Source of the DNA: Convolutriloba macropyga
Lineage: Eukaryota
Length of the DNA stretch: 64,000 nucleotides
Reading direction: 5' to 3'
NCBI RefSeq assembly: GCF_964194025.1
Contig: NC_134477.1
Location: 50,344,001-50,408,000, forward strand
The stretch's first letter is position 1; every line of letters starts with the position of its first letter. Position numbers and translations under genes: made by a program. Shown in pieces: positions 1 to 15,012 of the stretch. The notes beneath the pieces were generated by a model. It saw only the letters and a program-made list of their open reading frames with translations. It searched no databases and was not told the DNA's origin.

Positions 1-3000
1 TGCTTTCAAAGTACCACTCACTCGCGCCACTCTCAGTAACTTCATTCCACCACCTAAGACCTGCAATAACAACAGGGCACCTTAATTTGCAAACAAATCA
101 AATTAAAAACCGTCATGAGAGAATGGAAAAGCGCGCATTTGTTCGCAATTTGGTCATTAAAAAGCAATGTAAAACAAAATATCGAACTAACTAAAAAATC
201 GAAATAGAGAAATGAACTAAAAATATTGAATCTAACTAATACTGATCATTTAAAACGTCACAAATTTAAGAGAATTTTTGATAAATCACAAATTTTTGAG
301 AGTCGAGAACTTCATAGCATTCTACTCGTGTCTTAGAAAATGATCAAACGAATACTTTCATTATTTTACCCACAAAGTGATAAAAATCAGTATTTAACGA
401 TCACATTGAAGATACATATAAGCAAAATGAAGAAAAAATTGTACATGAATTAAGAAATTTGATTGTCTTCCAAGTTCAAAAAATATGTTTAATTATCTTT
501 TATTGGCTATTCGGAGGGGTTGTGAAGTAAAGGAGGGTGAACTGGCAGGTCAAACTAAGAACCGCACGAAACCAGCAGGATTAATGTATTCGCTACGAAC
601 TTTGTTTGAGAGAAATTAGCAATCTTACAAACCCGAAGAGCACTGATGGAGACCATTTGACGATTGAGAAAAAATGAGTAAACAAAAATAGCTGTTGGAT
701 TTCCAGTCGCTGTTTATGTAAACACGTAGTGTTAAAAACAAGGAAAGTAAAAAATCCGGTTTTTTAAACTGCTCTTGAAGGCAACCCCCCCAAAAAAACA
801 ACACCTTTTATTAGAATTAGATATCCTCAGCTGACCTAACCGAAAAAAAACAACACCTTTCTATTAGAATTAGATATCCTCAGCTGACCTAAAAAAACTT
901 TAATAAAAGTACGAAGGAGTCATTTTTAGCTTAAGAGAAGTCTTTTGAACAAGAAAAATCCACTTCGCTGAATTCATGGTCGCAATTCATGATTACATGA
1001 ATGAATGATCAAAAAGCTTCCTGGGAGCTAAACATTGCATAGAAAAAAAACCGAGAACACAAATATTTTTGAGACATCAAAATATAATAGAGGGTATGCA
1101 AACATCAATACTACAAACGGTTTAGAATGGAGAAAACGTGGTTAAAAAACGTGATCAGAAACTGTTCAAACAAAAGCTAAAACATTTCTACTGTTCGACT
1201 TATAGTAAAAATTGTCGAACACCCATATTAAGCCCCCAAAGGTTTATCAAGATATTCTCTCGCAAAATAAGAACCACTTTCCGACCTTTTTCTCACAAAA
1301 AGAGCAGTTTTTTGGCGTTTTTAATTAATATCCGCGAACTTACTCTTGAAAATGAAACGAAATCTATTTCTCTATTACCATTAACTAACTTACCCACTAG
1401 TAGTCGACCAGTGACGTTCTTCACTGTCCAAAAGTCCATTGAGTGTAGAAGAGCGATGACCACAAAAGCAATCACGAAGCTACTTGTGAACCATTGACAG
1501 AATATGTACACAAGCACAGCAAGAGTTCTGAACAGGACATGGAACAAACACGTGACCGGATGATGGATGCTCTTTTGTCGGCCACCGCCTCCCGATCCTA
1601 AAGAGAACTTCAGTGAAATTGCAGAGTACAGGACGTGAAACATTTTGCATGATCAAGAAAAAATATTAGTATATCTCGAGGGAATCAATTGTCAAAAAAG
1701 AAATTGTATACCTGTATAATAGTAGAATGCTACAGACTAAAAATTGGTTGGTGATATAACAAAGTACCAAGCAGAGATTTTCGAGATTCCTACAATTAAG
1801 AAGGTCTTAAAAAATTATAACTTCAAGATGAGGGCACTAATAAGGGCTGCAATGCAGAACTTTTCAAAACATTTTATGACAAGTGCTGCATTGTGCGTTA
1901 AAGCGAGTTCATCATGTGACTATTAATCAATCATATAGATGCCCTTTTCTGAAAAGGAACAACTGGAATCTGAGAACTTCTTTTCTAGTGTTCTGTAAAT
2001 TTTGAAAGGAGGCAAATACATAAGGACAAAACCTCGACCAACTTCAAATACCGGCTCTTTCCCTAATATAGTCCCACCATAATAGTATTTTCATGGTGAG
2101 TGGGGGATGGAAGCTTCATTCCCTCAAAGCTGGCGCAGCTATAATGGAAAAGAGCCCACAACCCAAGCAAGGATAACAGGTAAAACATCTTGACCTTTCT
2201 AGGGACAAAAGGGATGAATTAAAAACGCTTCCATTTGCTATTCAAGACACCCCAAAAGCATGTTCGACTGTAAGTAAGCAAAGAAACTCATTCCATACCG
2301 ATTATGTACTCCCAGCCTAGCTCTAAATAGCTATATAGTTTCAATATCGATTACCATGGCAGCTATTTCATTTCATAAGAGAGAAATAAAATGTTCAGCG
2401 ATACGGCATGGGGTCATGGGTTAAGTCCTGGGACATGGGGTCTACTCAGAAACTATTTTTAAAAAAATAATAATCAGTTCAATTAACAAATCGAAGCTCT
2501 CTTAATCAAGGCCGCATAGCCTAACGGATAAGGCGTCTGACTTCGAATCAGAAGATTGGGGGTTCGAATCCCTCTGTGGTCGCTCTTTTTAATTCCAGCT
2601 ACATTCATTGAAACTTGAATTCAATTCTGTTATCAACTTGTAAGCCGTGTTTTGTAAGCCCAATCGAGAACTAAAGGGGTCTATTTTGCTTAGGACTAAT
2701 TCTATTTAATGATCACCCCAATTAAAATTATCTGACCCTCAAGATCGCAACGTTATTTTTTTCCTGGGCGAAAGACGCTACCTGTTATTAGAAATGAAGT
2801 GATCTTTTCCCCCACTTCTGAGATATCCAATAAGCACGTAAAGGATTTACTTATAATCTGCTACCGGTGTGCATGGGAGTACCAAGATTCCGACTTTCAA
2901 CCTCCATGAATTCAACCTGTAGGAGTATACAAAAAAATCAATTCTTTCCCGTCAATGCTGCCCCGCCTCCGTAACACCCCATCGAAAGAACATCAATTCA

Positions 3001-3177
3001 TATCAAATTATTTTTTATAAAATTGCACGCACTCTTGCGGTTGACAGATAATGTTCCCGCGAAAATAACGAGAGGGGCACTAAGGGAGAAATCCAAAATC
3101 TTACCAGATGGTGTCATGAAATCTGTGTTGTCTTCATCCTCGCTAAGAGCAGTAAAACGGGCATTGGAGCCACTCAT
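1..3177 (-). CDS. TVP23: Golgi apparatus membrane protein TVP23 homolog (5' part; continues past the left edge)
   Basis: Exons 3177-3105 (MSGSNARF...TPSG), 1597-1394 (SIHHPVTCLFHVLFR...DFWTVKNVTGRLLVG) and 60-<1 (LRWWNEVTESGASEWYFES). Introns are GT-AG and phase-1 matched. HP..FH..FR, DFW.VKNVTGR.LVGLRWWN and W.FES are TVP23/FAM18 family signatures. Confidence 0.93.
790..892. repeat. Short tandem duplication (~52 bp x2)
   Basis: aaaaaaacaacacctt..attagaattagatatcctcagctgacctaa occurs twice. Confidence 0.85.
2510..2582 (+). tRNA. tRNA-Arg (anticodon TCG)
   Basis: 73-nt cloverleaf: acceptor stem GGCCGCA/TGTGGTC, anticodon arm TCTGA-CT-TCG-AA-TCAGA, T-loop GGTTCGAATCC. A T5 Pol III terminator follows immediately. 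It lies antisense in TVP23 intron 1. Confidence 0.95.
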
Positions 3178-3384
3178 TTTGAGACAGTCGTGTTCAGCAA
3201 AAAGGTTGATAAGTGAACAATTGATCTGAAAAAAGCAGTGACATTTTTACTAATAAAGTGATATGGTGTCACAAAATTGAACTTTTCAGGAGCTATTCAT
3301 CATATGACGGAAAGATTAAGTATCTGTAACGTAGAACTTCTTGACCTCCTCTAAAGTATAACCCTAAAAAAACACCTCAAATAT

Positions 3385-3750
3385 AAACATAACCGGCTAG
3401 CGTCGGGCGAAATGCTCTCAAACGACCGGTTGGCTTCGTCGTTATAGTTAGCTACGATTTAAGGAGGCTAGCTTTAGCTTTATTAATGGGCCGTGAGGTG
3501 CGCGCAGCGAGTGAGATGGTGTACAAGGGGGGGGGGGCAATTTTGGGACTGAATGGGGCGCCGTCTTTACGGTCTGAACGATGTGCAGAGGTGGGGATTG
3601 GGGGGGGGGGGGGGTGAAGTGAGGGGTGGGGTGTGGGTCTGGGGGACGTAAGGAACCGTCCTTCACACCATGAGTATAATACGTCTCCAAAACAGCTTCT
3701 GTGAATCGCAAACTTGGAGACTAGTGAGCTAAAAGGCTCAAAAATATTTT
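3385..3750 (-). mobile_element. HINE-like (Helentron-associated) family A, truncated copy
   Basis: The start aaacataaccggctagcgtcgggcgaaatgctctcaaacga matches the family-A terminus at 50361. Has a G-rich core and the cttcacacca motif shared with other copies. Confidence 0.6.
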
Positions 3751-3794
3751 GGATCTATTCTGTTTTGCATCCCCCAGCTAAGTGGGCTCGTATC

Positions 3795-4802
3795 TTTTAA
3801 TCAACACCTGTTGCGATAATAGCAGTTAAATAAACTGCCAATGTAATAAATTTTAATGCCCGATCGACACTGGAAAAACACTTGAGCATTAGACTACGAG
3901 TTTATCACACTTTTATCGCCAATATTACTAAGTAAACGGTTGCGATAAAAGAGTGGTGATAAACTCGTAGTCTAATGATGGAAACAGTTTGATAAACTTG
4001 TAGTATAAAAATCATAGCCGGTAGAATACCGGAAACGACTCGAATCGTCGGGCATTATAATCTCTAACCTAACCTTACCGAAATCAGACCATCAAAACAG
4101 ACAAGAGAAAAAAACAAAAGTAGCCCAACAAACCACATTAAAGTTTTAAAAATGCCGACAATCTTTTAGGTACGGGGGGAGCTAGTTGGGGTGGGTGGGT
4201 AGATAGGTTGGGGATGTGGGTAGTGCTGGGGTACTTGGGGGGGGGGTAGTTAGGTGAAGGGAGGGGGTAATTTTGGGGGTATGTGGGGGGGGGGGTTAGT
4301 TGGGGCGGGGGGGGGGAGGTAGGTGGTGGGTGGGTAGGTAGGTGGATAGATAGGTTGGCGAGGTGGGAAGTGCTGGGGTAGTTGGAGGGGGGGTAGGTGG
4401 GGGGTAGCTAGGTGAAGGGAGGGGGTAGGGGTAGGTGGTGGTAAGTTGGGGGGGGGGGTGCGGGGCGGTGGGGGGGGGTAGGTAGGTGTTGGAAGGGGGG
4501 TTGTTCGGTGTAGTTTAAATAATCAGGGGTGACTTATATAGGAACAAAAAATCTCACCATGACCTCTTAAACTTGAACATTTCCAGCATTTCCTAATTAC
4601 TATACCTTACAAACGAAGCTACTGTTAAAGTCCAATGTTCGGAAACAAGTCAACAATCAAAAACGGAGCTAAATGCTCGAACAGAAGGAAGTTAAAATTC
4701 AAGTCATGAACAAACTTGCTTTCTACTAAAAAACCTGTAGAATCTCAATACTCCTCTTCGAGTCGTAAAAACAAACAGGATCGCAACAGGTGTTGATTAA
4801 AA
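3795..4802. mobile_element. Non-autonomous TIR element (MITE-like, ~1 kb)
   Basis: Perfect 23-bp inverted repeats ttttaatcaacacctgttgcgat (3795-3817) and atcgcaacaggtgttgattaaaa (4780-4802), with TTAA at both ends. Confidence 0.7.
4170..4500 (+). repeat. G-rich low-complexity tract (G-quadruplex-prone, GGGTAG/GGGG-like)
   Basis: Dense G3-G10 runs over ~330 bp. Confidence 0.85.
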
Positions 4803-4907
4803 AATTACCACACGGTTGTTATTGCACTCGAAGTTATCATAAAACCTCGGCTTCACCTCGGAGTTTGATAACTTTTCGGTGGCCACAACAACCGTGTGGT
4901 AATATTC

Positions 4908-5562
4908 ATTACGCCCCCAGGCGCGCATGCTATGTTTTACATAGTAACGTGCTACATAGCAACATATACTTTGTACCTGGGGGAGATGTAGGGAGGAGGA
5001 AGAGGATAAGGAGGAGGAAGATGAAGATAAGGATGAGGAGCAGGATAAGGAGGAGGAGGAGGATAAGGAGGGAGGAGCGAGGAGGATAAGGAGGGAGGAG
5101 CGAGGAGGAGGAGGGGGAGGAGGAGGAGGAGGAGGAGGAGGAGGAGGAGGAGGAGGAGGAGGAGGAGGAGGAGGAGGAGGAGCTTGGAGTAGAGAGATAA
5201 ACATAAGCTTACCAAGGTTCGTACGATGACTTTATTAGAAGTTATTATAGGCCACTATTCAGATTTAAAGTGAAAATCGAATTCAATTTTGACACTGCTT
5301 TTAACCAGCTCTCGTTACAATAGCAACAGTTGCATAACTTCCCGGCGAAAACACGTTAACGCCAAATTAGCAATAAATCTGCTTCGTCATTTGACTACGA
5401 GTTTATTACCACTCTTACCCTTCAAACTACATATAATATTTAGGATGTTTTCGGTTTGTGCCCCCCCCCAGTTTAGTGGGTGCATATTTGCACCCCCAAA
5501 CGCACGTGCCATATTTTTACATAGTGATTTACAATGTAATGGCACGTGCTATGTAAATGGGG
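4908..5562. mobile_element. Dispersed element with internal (GGA)n microsatellite, copy 1
   Basis: Colinear with 29260-30040 on both sides of the GGA tract (4990-5182). The poly-P, poly-L and R-rich ORFs here are microsatellite artefacts. Confidence 0.7.
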
Positions 5563-6145
5563 AGCACAAACGGAAAAGATCCAAAATATAAATATCAGAT
5601 CTTTCAAGATACTTACTCTTTGAGACCACTTTTTTCTTAATTAAATTTTAGAAGTTTAGCTGACAAATCTGCACAAAATGTAGACTCCAACTTACAACCA
5701 CGTGAACTGCAGTAGTGCGGTAACAAGCAGACTGCGTGGTGTAATGATCCAATCTAAAAATTACTATAGACCATGATCGTGCATCCATTTGTTTAAGGCT
5801 TCCAATGGCGCAGAGAGGGACCATCAGTTCATCAATTTTGCGAAACCGTTTGCCACAAATTTTTTGATTTCAAATTATTTTTCTCTGCAGAAGATATGGA
5901 GTTATGGAGTTGCAAAACATTGCCATACATTTAACAATTTTTTTTTTGAATATAGATAACACTTCCGCTATATTTTTCCTTTTTCTTACAAAGATCTTCA
6001 CCAGCAAATTATTGAATAGTTAGCCATTTTGGTTGTCGAAAAAAACAATGAGAGAGCATGAGACTTTTCGAAACAGCGTTGGAAAGAGCGTTTCAAAGTG
6101 AGTAATACTTTAACAAGCATGACAATGTTGCCGATTCTTAAAGAG

Positions 6146-6756
6146 AAAACATAGCTGGCAGATTCGCAGAAAATAGCCGCAAAATCTTCGTAGATCCGCA
6201 GTCTCAAAAAGACGCGTTACCAAAAACTTAATCAAAAGAATGAACCAAAGCAATTGCTACATTAAGAATGAAAAAGACATGGCGAGCAAAATTCATTTCA
6301 GTCAAATTTCATAAACGAATTAAAAGCAGATTTGAAATGATTGACTACAAATGCTCGTAACGAAAAATTTGGCGCAATAAAAAACATAGGACAAGTCTTG
6401 AAACAATTCAAAGAATTTTTATTGACTAAAAACATAGACCAAAAATTGACTATGAATGTATTGGTAAAATCATTGACAATCGGGAAAATCAAACACAAGG
6501 GAAAGTCAAATTGTCGTAAGCGAACGTAAAACCACAAGCGACTAAGCGATTTTCTTTCCAACGCTAGTTTCTCACTACTTCAAAATTAGAGTGAAAAAAA
6601 TTTGCGCCGCAAAAATACTCATTTTTTTGTTCCTGTTTCGGCATGACCAAAATCATCACTTCAATGTGACTTGAACCCCAATACAATTCAAATTCTTGGA
6701 ATTGAAAAAACCAACAGACGTATAATAATAGCCTCAGCTATCGCTTTGCGGCTATT
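6146..6756 (-). mobile_element. HINE-like family B copy
   Basis: 12-bp subterminal IR aatagccgcaaa (6172-6183) / tttgcggctatt (6745-6756), with a degenerate hairpin at the left end. The interior is homologous to 60900-61367 and 36300-36660. Confidence 0.65.
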
Positions 6757-9754
6757 AACAAAAAGACAGTAGTTTTCAAAAGTTTCTCTAGGCGGAGATT
6801 AGAAACTAGGAAGACACATCTTTTGCAAGCTGACATAATTATGTATAGAATAGCATGGCCATCTTTGAGAACTGCGACAAAAATTTTTCTGCAACAAGTC
6901 GTACAGGCTAGAATTCTATTGATCAAAAATAAACTTCCAGTGAAAAAGTATCGTGAAACAAAGACAAAACAGGCGAAAAATTACAGAGATAGCACTAACT
7001 ATATGAAATCGAACTATATATCAATAAATTACGCATCCGACCAGCAACTCGGAGACATTATCTCAGCATAAAAAAATTTTGTAGCTTATTAACTTCATAT
7101 ATTAGAGACAAATCACCGAACAAACAAAATGCCCACTGAAATATCTAATGTATTGTTCAACAAAAGCGGAGAAGTTGCAAAACTGAGCTCTAAATTCCGG
7201 AACAGATTGTCGCAGACAACAATTTATAAGTTTTTATCGAATTGCCATTTGAAACGTCTTTTCTAACCCAAACCATTACTGAAAACACAAAACCGCAATA
7301 AACATTACATTTTCAACCAGTAGAAAGACGACGCGAACTGTCTTTGCTGACCTCAAGCTACAAGTTGACCCAAAAAGTGAGGAAAAAGTGGCAAAGCTCA
7401 ATAATCCATTTTTATTTCGAAAGTTCGAAAGTCAAAAGACCATAACCTTCTGACAACAATTGAATAGGTTTCCTTGGAAATCCTTATGAAGCCAATCGGA
7501 CCTGTCATTACTAAGCCTTGAGTTGTTCCGTTCTGTAAATAACATAAGCAAAAAAAGTCAGAAAGCAAGTCTGGGAAGACGTGCTCACTTGCGTTTTAAA
7601 CGAGCGAGAAATGGTCCAAAAATGTTAAAGCAAGCATTTGACGAGCTGTTTTGTGAATGAAAGCATTTCTGAAAACGAGGAAAAATCGAGATTTGTGATC
7701 CTAATTTAAAATTCTGGTTACAGTTCATGCTGACGAGCAACCAATTTAAAAAATTTTGAGTATTCCTCGGCAAAACAGCTCGTCATTTGATAACCATAGA
7801 AAAGTAATCAGATATCAATTCATCAAAACGACATTGTTGCGCGACAGTGGGCAAAAATTAGTTTTGTTACACTGTACGGATGATAGTCCGCTAAAAATAT
7901 TTAATCTCAAAATCACCAAATTTTTGGCAAACAAGCATTTTGAAGACTCGCATTTTTTTTCTGACGAAGACAGATCTGCATTGGTTAGAAAAAGATCAAT
8001 GAAAGAAAAGCGTTGTATTGGAAACTAGTTGTATTTGAAATCATTGCAAAGTCTCGTGATTGCAATTAAATTCTGGCTAAAATTGATTATGCCGAATCAA
8101 ACAGTCAATATGCAAAAAGTCTAAGCAACGCAAAATGATATCATCAAACAATGATGAGAGATGTTAATATTCTGCACCTTTCTACAGGATCACTTCATCC
8201 TATTTTACTACATGGCTATCTTTTGTTTCCATCTCAGACGTCTCAAGTTTTTTCTTTTGCAGTGTTAACGCAGTTTTTCTGTATTCTACACTGCCGGTGA
8301 TTGCTGGAAAGGATACCAAGATCCGAGAGTTTGAATTTCTCGACATCAAATATGCGCGTGCATGTGTGTATCTCTGCTGTATGTGTGCTGTAGTGGTGGT
8401 GGGGGCGAAGACACTGCTGTTTATGAAAAAAGCGTTACGTATGCATTTAATGTGTGTACGGTACCGCGGGAACAGAGGGTCCAAATGAACATCTTGCAAA
8501 AATATTGCAATAAAATTATTGGTTACTCATTATTGGTTTCACTATGGTTACATCTCTAATCTTAAACCAAAAAACTTTACTGAAAAAAGGTCACACATAC
8601 TGCCACAGTTCCTTGAAGACCTGGAACAACAAAATACACATCACTAAAACTGCTGTCCTCAGCTTTCACCAATTTTCCTTACCAATTTATCATACATGGC
8701 CATGGCCAGCACTTACTCAGCTGTCCGACATTATGATTTCTAGAACTAAGCCTAGTATTTGATCAGACGGAGTTGTGAGAAAACAATTCCGTTATTTTTT
8801 TAATTTTTGAAGCAAATACAAAAAAACCTCTTCCGAAGAAATATGAGGAAACATACTGTAATCAAAAACTGTAAAAAAATTGAAGCTTTCAAACCAGAAT
8901 TTATAAAACACAGCTGGCAGATTGCCAGAAAATTGACGCTTCGATCTGCATTCTAAAATATTGTAAGAAACGGACCAGAAAAGAGACTTCCATTTATTAA
9001 CTTCCATTTAAATGCTGTTATATTTCAATTAAGAATCTGTTTAACTTATTGCTGCTTTTATTAGCTAGTGACACACACTCACTTGATCTTATCTCTTTTA
9101 ATTGAAGTCAATTTATGAGAGTGAGGTAAAAGTCACGTGCGACCAAAAACTTATTTATGCGAATAAACAAAAAACTCGCTCCACTAGGACTGCAAAATGA
9201 CGGTCACGCATGCAATTCAGTAGAAATTGCATGCACGAATGAACAAAAATTGTCACAAAAACCCTGACGAAATAAAAAACCAAAAGATGCTATTAAAAAT
9301 GACTTCATATACTATTATTCCGAGTTTACGGTCTTTCAACTTCACGGTTGCATAAGGATGCCTCTGCTAAAAGATGGTTAAGTTGAATTGAAAACGCCTT
9401 TAGTTCGCATGTTTATTGCACTTTGTTCATCAGGTATAGTGATCATACAAACATGAAATCAACTTACTACACTGCAACTTTAAAATGTCCATCTGTTCTT
9501 GAGACGTTTAAAAACATCGTTATTGCACAATCTCGGCCAACAGTTTAAACACGAAGTAGGTATTTAAGCTAGTTAGCAAGCATGCTTCAAGATTCAACAA
9601 TAAATATCTGCATAGAGAAACCGTTGTTACGAACCATTACAGTACTTGTACATTCGTATTTTGTTTTAAAATAGTGACCAAGTATACAAATTATCGTTGG
9701 GAAATTAAGTTGATTAGGTAAGATTCATTCAGCGCTATTACGTAATTAGGCAAC

Positions 9755-11970
<2,216 letters not shown>

Positions 11971-13224
11971 TTTGATTTGGTTCGAAGATTGATTTAAAGC
12001 TGTTTATGTAGACAGAAAAGATGGCGATAGAAAGATAGACAAATTTCAATTGGCAACTTGTTCGTCTCAATAGAAGATTCAAAACACAAGGACTCAATCT
12101 GAAACGAATTAACAACAGAGTGCTTCAAGAGAATATCCAAAATTTTCCTTTTGCTTACGAGCAGCTGAATTAAGTCAACTGGTTTAGTCACGCGAAAAAT
12201 TGAAGAATAAATACAAATCGCACATCGTAACAAAAATATAACTAGGTAACCCCCAAATACAATATATAGTTGCTGTGGAATCAGGTTGCTATATTCCCGA
12301 ATATAAACAACATTCGCAAACAACAAAGGCCGACAGAATTCCTTCGCTTATTTATACAATTTCCAATCTTAATCATCTCTAGTCATAACAAAAAGCAAAA
12401 AAATACTAGTTAATCCTGTTATAACGCACGTGTGTAGAAATACTTTCAACATTACAGTTTAAACCGAAATGCTCAAAAATTGAGCACAAATTGCTAAAGG
12501 AGAAATAACTGAGCCAGTATTTTTTACTCACGTTTTATGTAACATGGAAAATATTTCCCAACTTAATCGCAGCGACACAAATCGGCCCGTGTATAATTGT
12601 AATACACGGTCAATTCAGCCTGTTATTTTCATGGATTTTTTGTAATCCCCTACCTAGCAACCAGTTAAAATATCTCAAGGCAGGAATGCAAAAATCAAAA
12701 GTGGAACCGTCCGCCTTTTGTAATTTCCCCCATTATAACCAAAATCCAAAACCTGGCTTGAATAAATAACAATGTAATCCAGCTTCCAATATAAAAGCTT
12801 AATTGTTGTTCTTTTGTCTGCCTTTCTTCATAAATTCCAACTCAATTTTGCATCTCTAGAAAAATTGCGATTAAATCGTTTGTTTAGACGACCGTTGCTA
12901 TAACAAAAACACGCCATCATACAGCATTGCAATAAGAGCTATTTTTGGAGTCGATTTAACAGAAAATAAATGATCGTTCAGCTGTGAAACTTCCTTAATG
13001 AAATTAAAATCCTTGAAGGACAATTGGAATAAGTGTCCGGGCAACCTGCACTTCATCAAAAACAAAGAATTAACTGCGATCAGATATTGTTACTTGCCCT
13101 CTAATAGCCCAAAGCGTAAAGCAAACACCTCCCCTCCCCCCTACCTATTGAAAATAAAGCCGAAAATACATCCGTCCTCAGTTAACATATCCTGGAGAAC
13201 ACGGAAGTTTTCGTAAGCATGAGC

Positions 13225-15012
13225 CCAGAAGTTGACGCAAGTTGAATCTAAAGCAAACGTTCGAAAAACTAAGCATCCATAGTTTTGTCCCATAAAGTTG
13301 CAGCAACGCAATTGAACGTTTGAAAAACTCCAGACATTCAAATGAACAATGAAGCGCTGATGTATGCATGTTTTAAATGTGAACTCTGACCTTTGAATAT
13401 CGCTAGATAGCGTTGCAACTCTATGGTACTATAGCGTGTTGAAATAAGCGAACGTTTCAAAAGCCTTAGGTTAGAGTTCAAAGGTCAAAATTCAAATTTA
13501 AAACATGTAGAAAAAAATGATAAAAAGAAAACTAAATGGAGAAAACGTTGACATTCAAATGAGCACATTGATGCTCAATTGCACGTTTTTGGCATTTTTC
13601 GAACGTTCGCTTATTTCAACTTTATGGGACAGACTATAACTAGTCCGCCCATAAAGTTGGATAATCGAACGTCTGAAAAACGCCAAAACATGAAATTGAA
13701 TATTATATGAGCAATATGAACAGCGTTTTTTGAAACGTTCTATTATAGCGTGTCCCATAAAGTTGCAATATAGTCAGTCTCATAAAGTTTCAACGCTATC
13801 GAACGTTTCAAAGGTCAAAGTTCAAATTTAAAACATGCGGATATATAGCAAAACACTGCCAATTTGCATGCCCGGAGTTTTTCGAACGTTCGCTTGCGTT
13901 GTTGCATCTTTATGGGACTTACTATAAGCGAACGTTTCAAAAACACTGTCTACATTGCTCATTTGCATGCTAAATTGCACGTTTTGGCGTTTTCGGTTGT
14001 TTCAACTTTATGGGACAGACTATATTTCAACTTTTTGGGACACGCTATATATAGTCTGTCTCATAAAGTTGAAATAAGCGAACGTTCGAAAAACGCCAAA
14101 AACGTGCAATTGAGCATCAATGTGCTCATTTGAATGTCCACGTTTTTCAGCAATAAGCTTTCATTCGTCAATTTTTTCTACATGTTTTAAACTTGAACTT
14201 TGACCTTTGAACTCTAACCTGTGGCTTTTGAAACGTTCGCTTATTTCAACTTTATGGGACACGCTATATAAAAATTAATATGCCGATATCGCATCCTTTG
14301 ACATCGAACTTTTGACCTTCAAAACTTTCGAAAGCGTTTCAACTTGATGCTATGGACTATAAACACGTAAACACGTAAAGGTCAGACAAACGGTCTACGA
14401 GCAGCAAATACGGTCCGGTCCGCTCCTACAAAAATGCAAAGTCAACGAACATTTCAGAGACCAAAGTTCCCATTTATAGTTAGTCCCATAAAGTTGCAAC
14501 GCAATTGAACGTTTCAACGGTCAAAGTTCAAGTTTAAAACATGCATGCATCAGCATTTCATTGTTCATTTGTTTTTCGAACGTTCGATTGCGTTGCTTTA
14601 TGGGAATACCTATAATATGAAGTTTTGAAAAACGCCAAAACGTGCCAGTGGGCAAAGGAGCAATATGAACAGTGCTTTTTGAAGCGTTCGATTGTTTCCA
14701 CTTCATGAACACATTATAGTCCGTGTTATATGAAGTTGAAACGCTGGCGAACGTTTCAAAGGTCAAAGTTCAAGGTTTTTAAAAAAAATAAAGATATCTG
14801 CATTAATGATGTTCATTTGGATTGAATGGAAGTTTTTCCAACATTCGCTTGCGTTGGAACTTTCTGGGGCTAACTATAGTTTCCATAAAGTTGCAACGCT
14901 ATCGAACATTTCAAAGGTCAAATCGAAAACATGCAGATAAACATTTTGATTGCCGTTGCATGTCAGAAGTTTTCGAACGTTCGCTTGCATTGCAGCTTGC
15001 TTGGGATTACCT
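13225..15012. repeat. Array of palindromic ~110-200 bp units (foldback/MITE-like)
   Basis: Recurrent arms gtcccataaagttg..gaacgtt and aacgttc..caactttatgggac in alternating orientation. Block ~13436-13638 is an inverted copy of ~14050-14250. Confidence 0.8.

Noticed and set aside
4790-5215. Poly-Pro, poly-Leu and Arg-rich ORFs
   Set aside because: They are translations of the (GGA)n microsatellite inside a dispersed repeat.
8182-8202. TAG-to-Gln recoding suggested by two in-frame TAGs
   Set aside because: The segment is not a proven exon, the long genuine ORFs contain no internal TAG, and MRPS31 ends at TAG.
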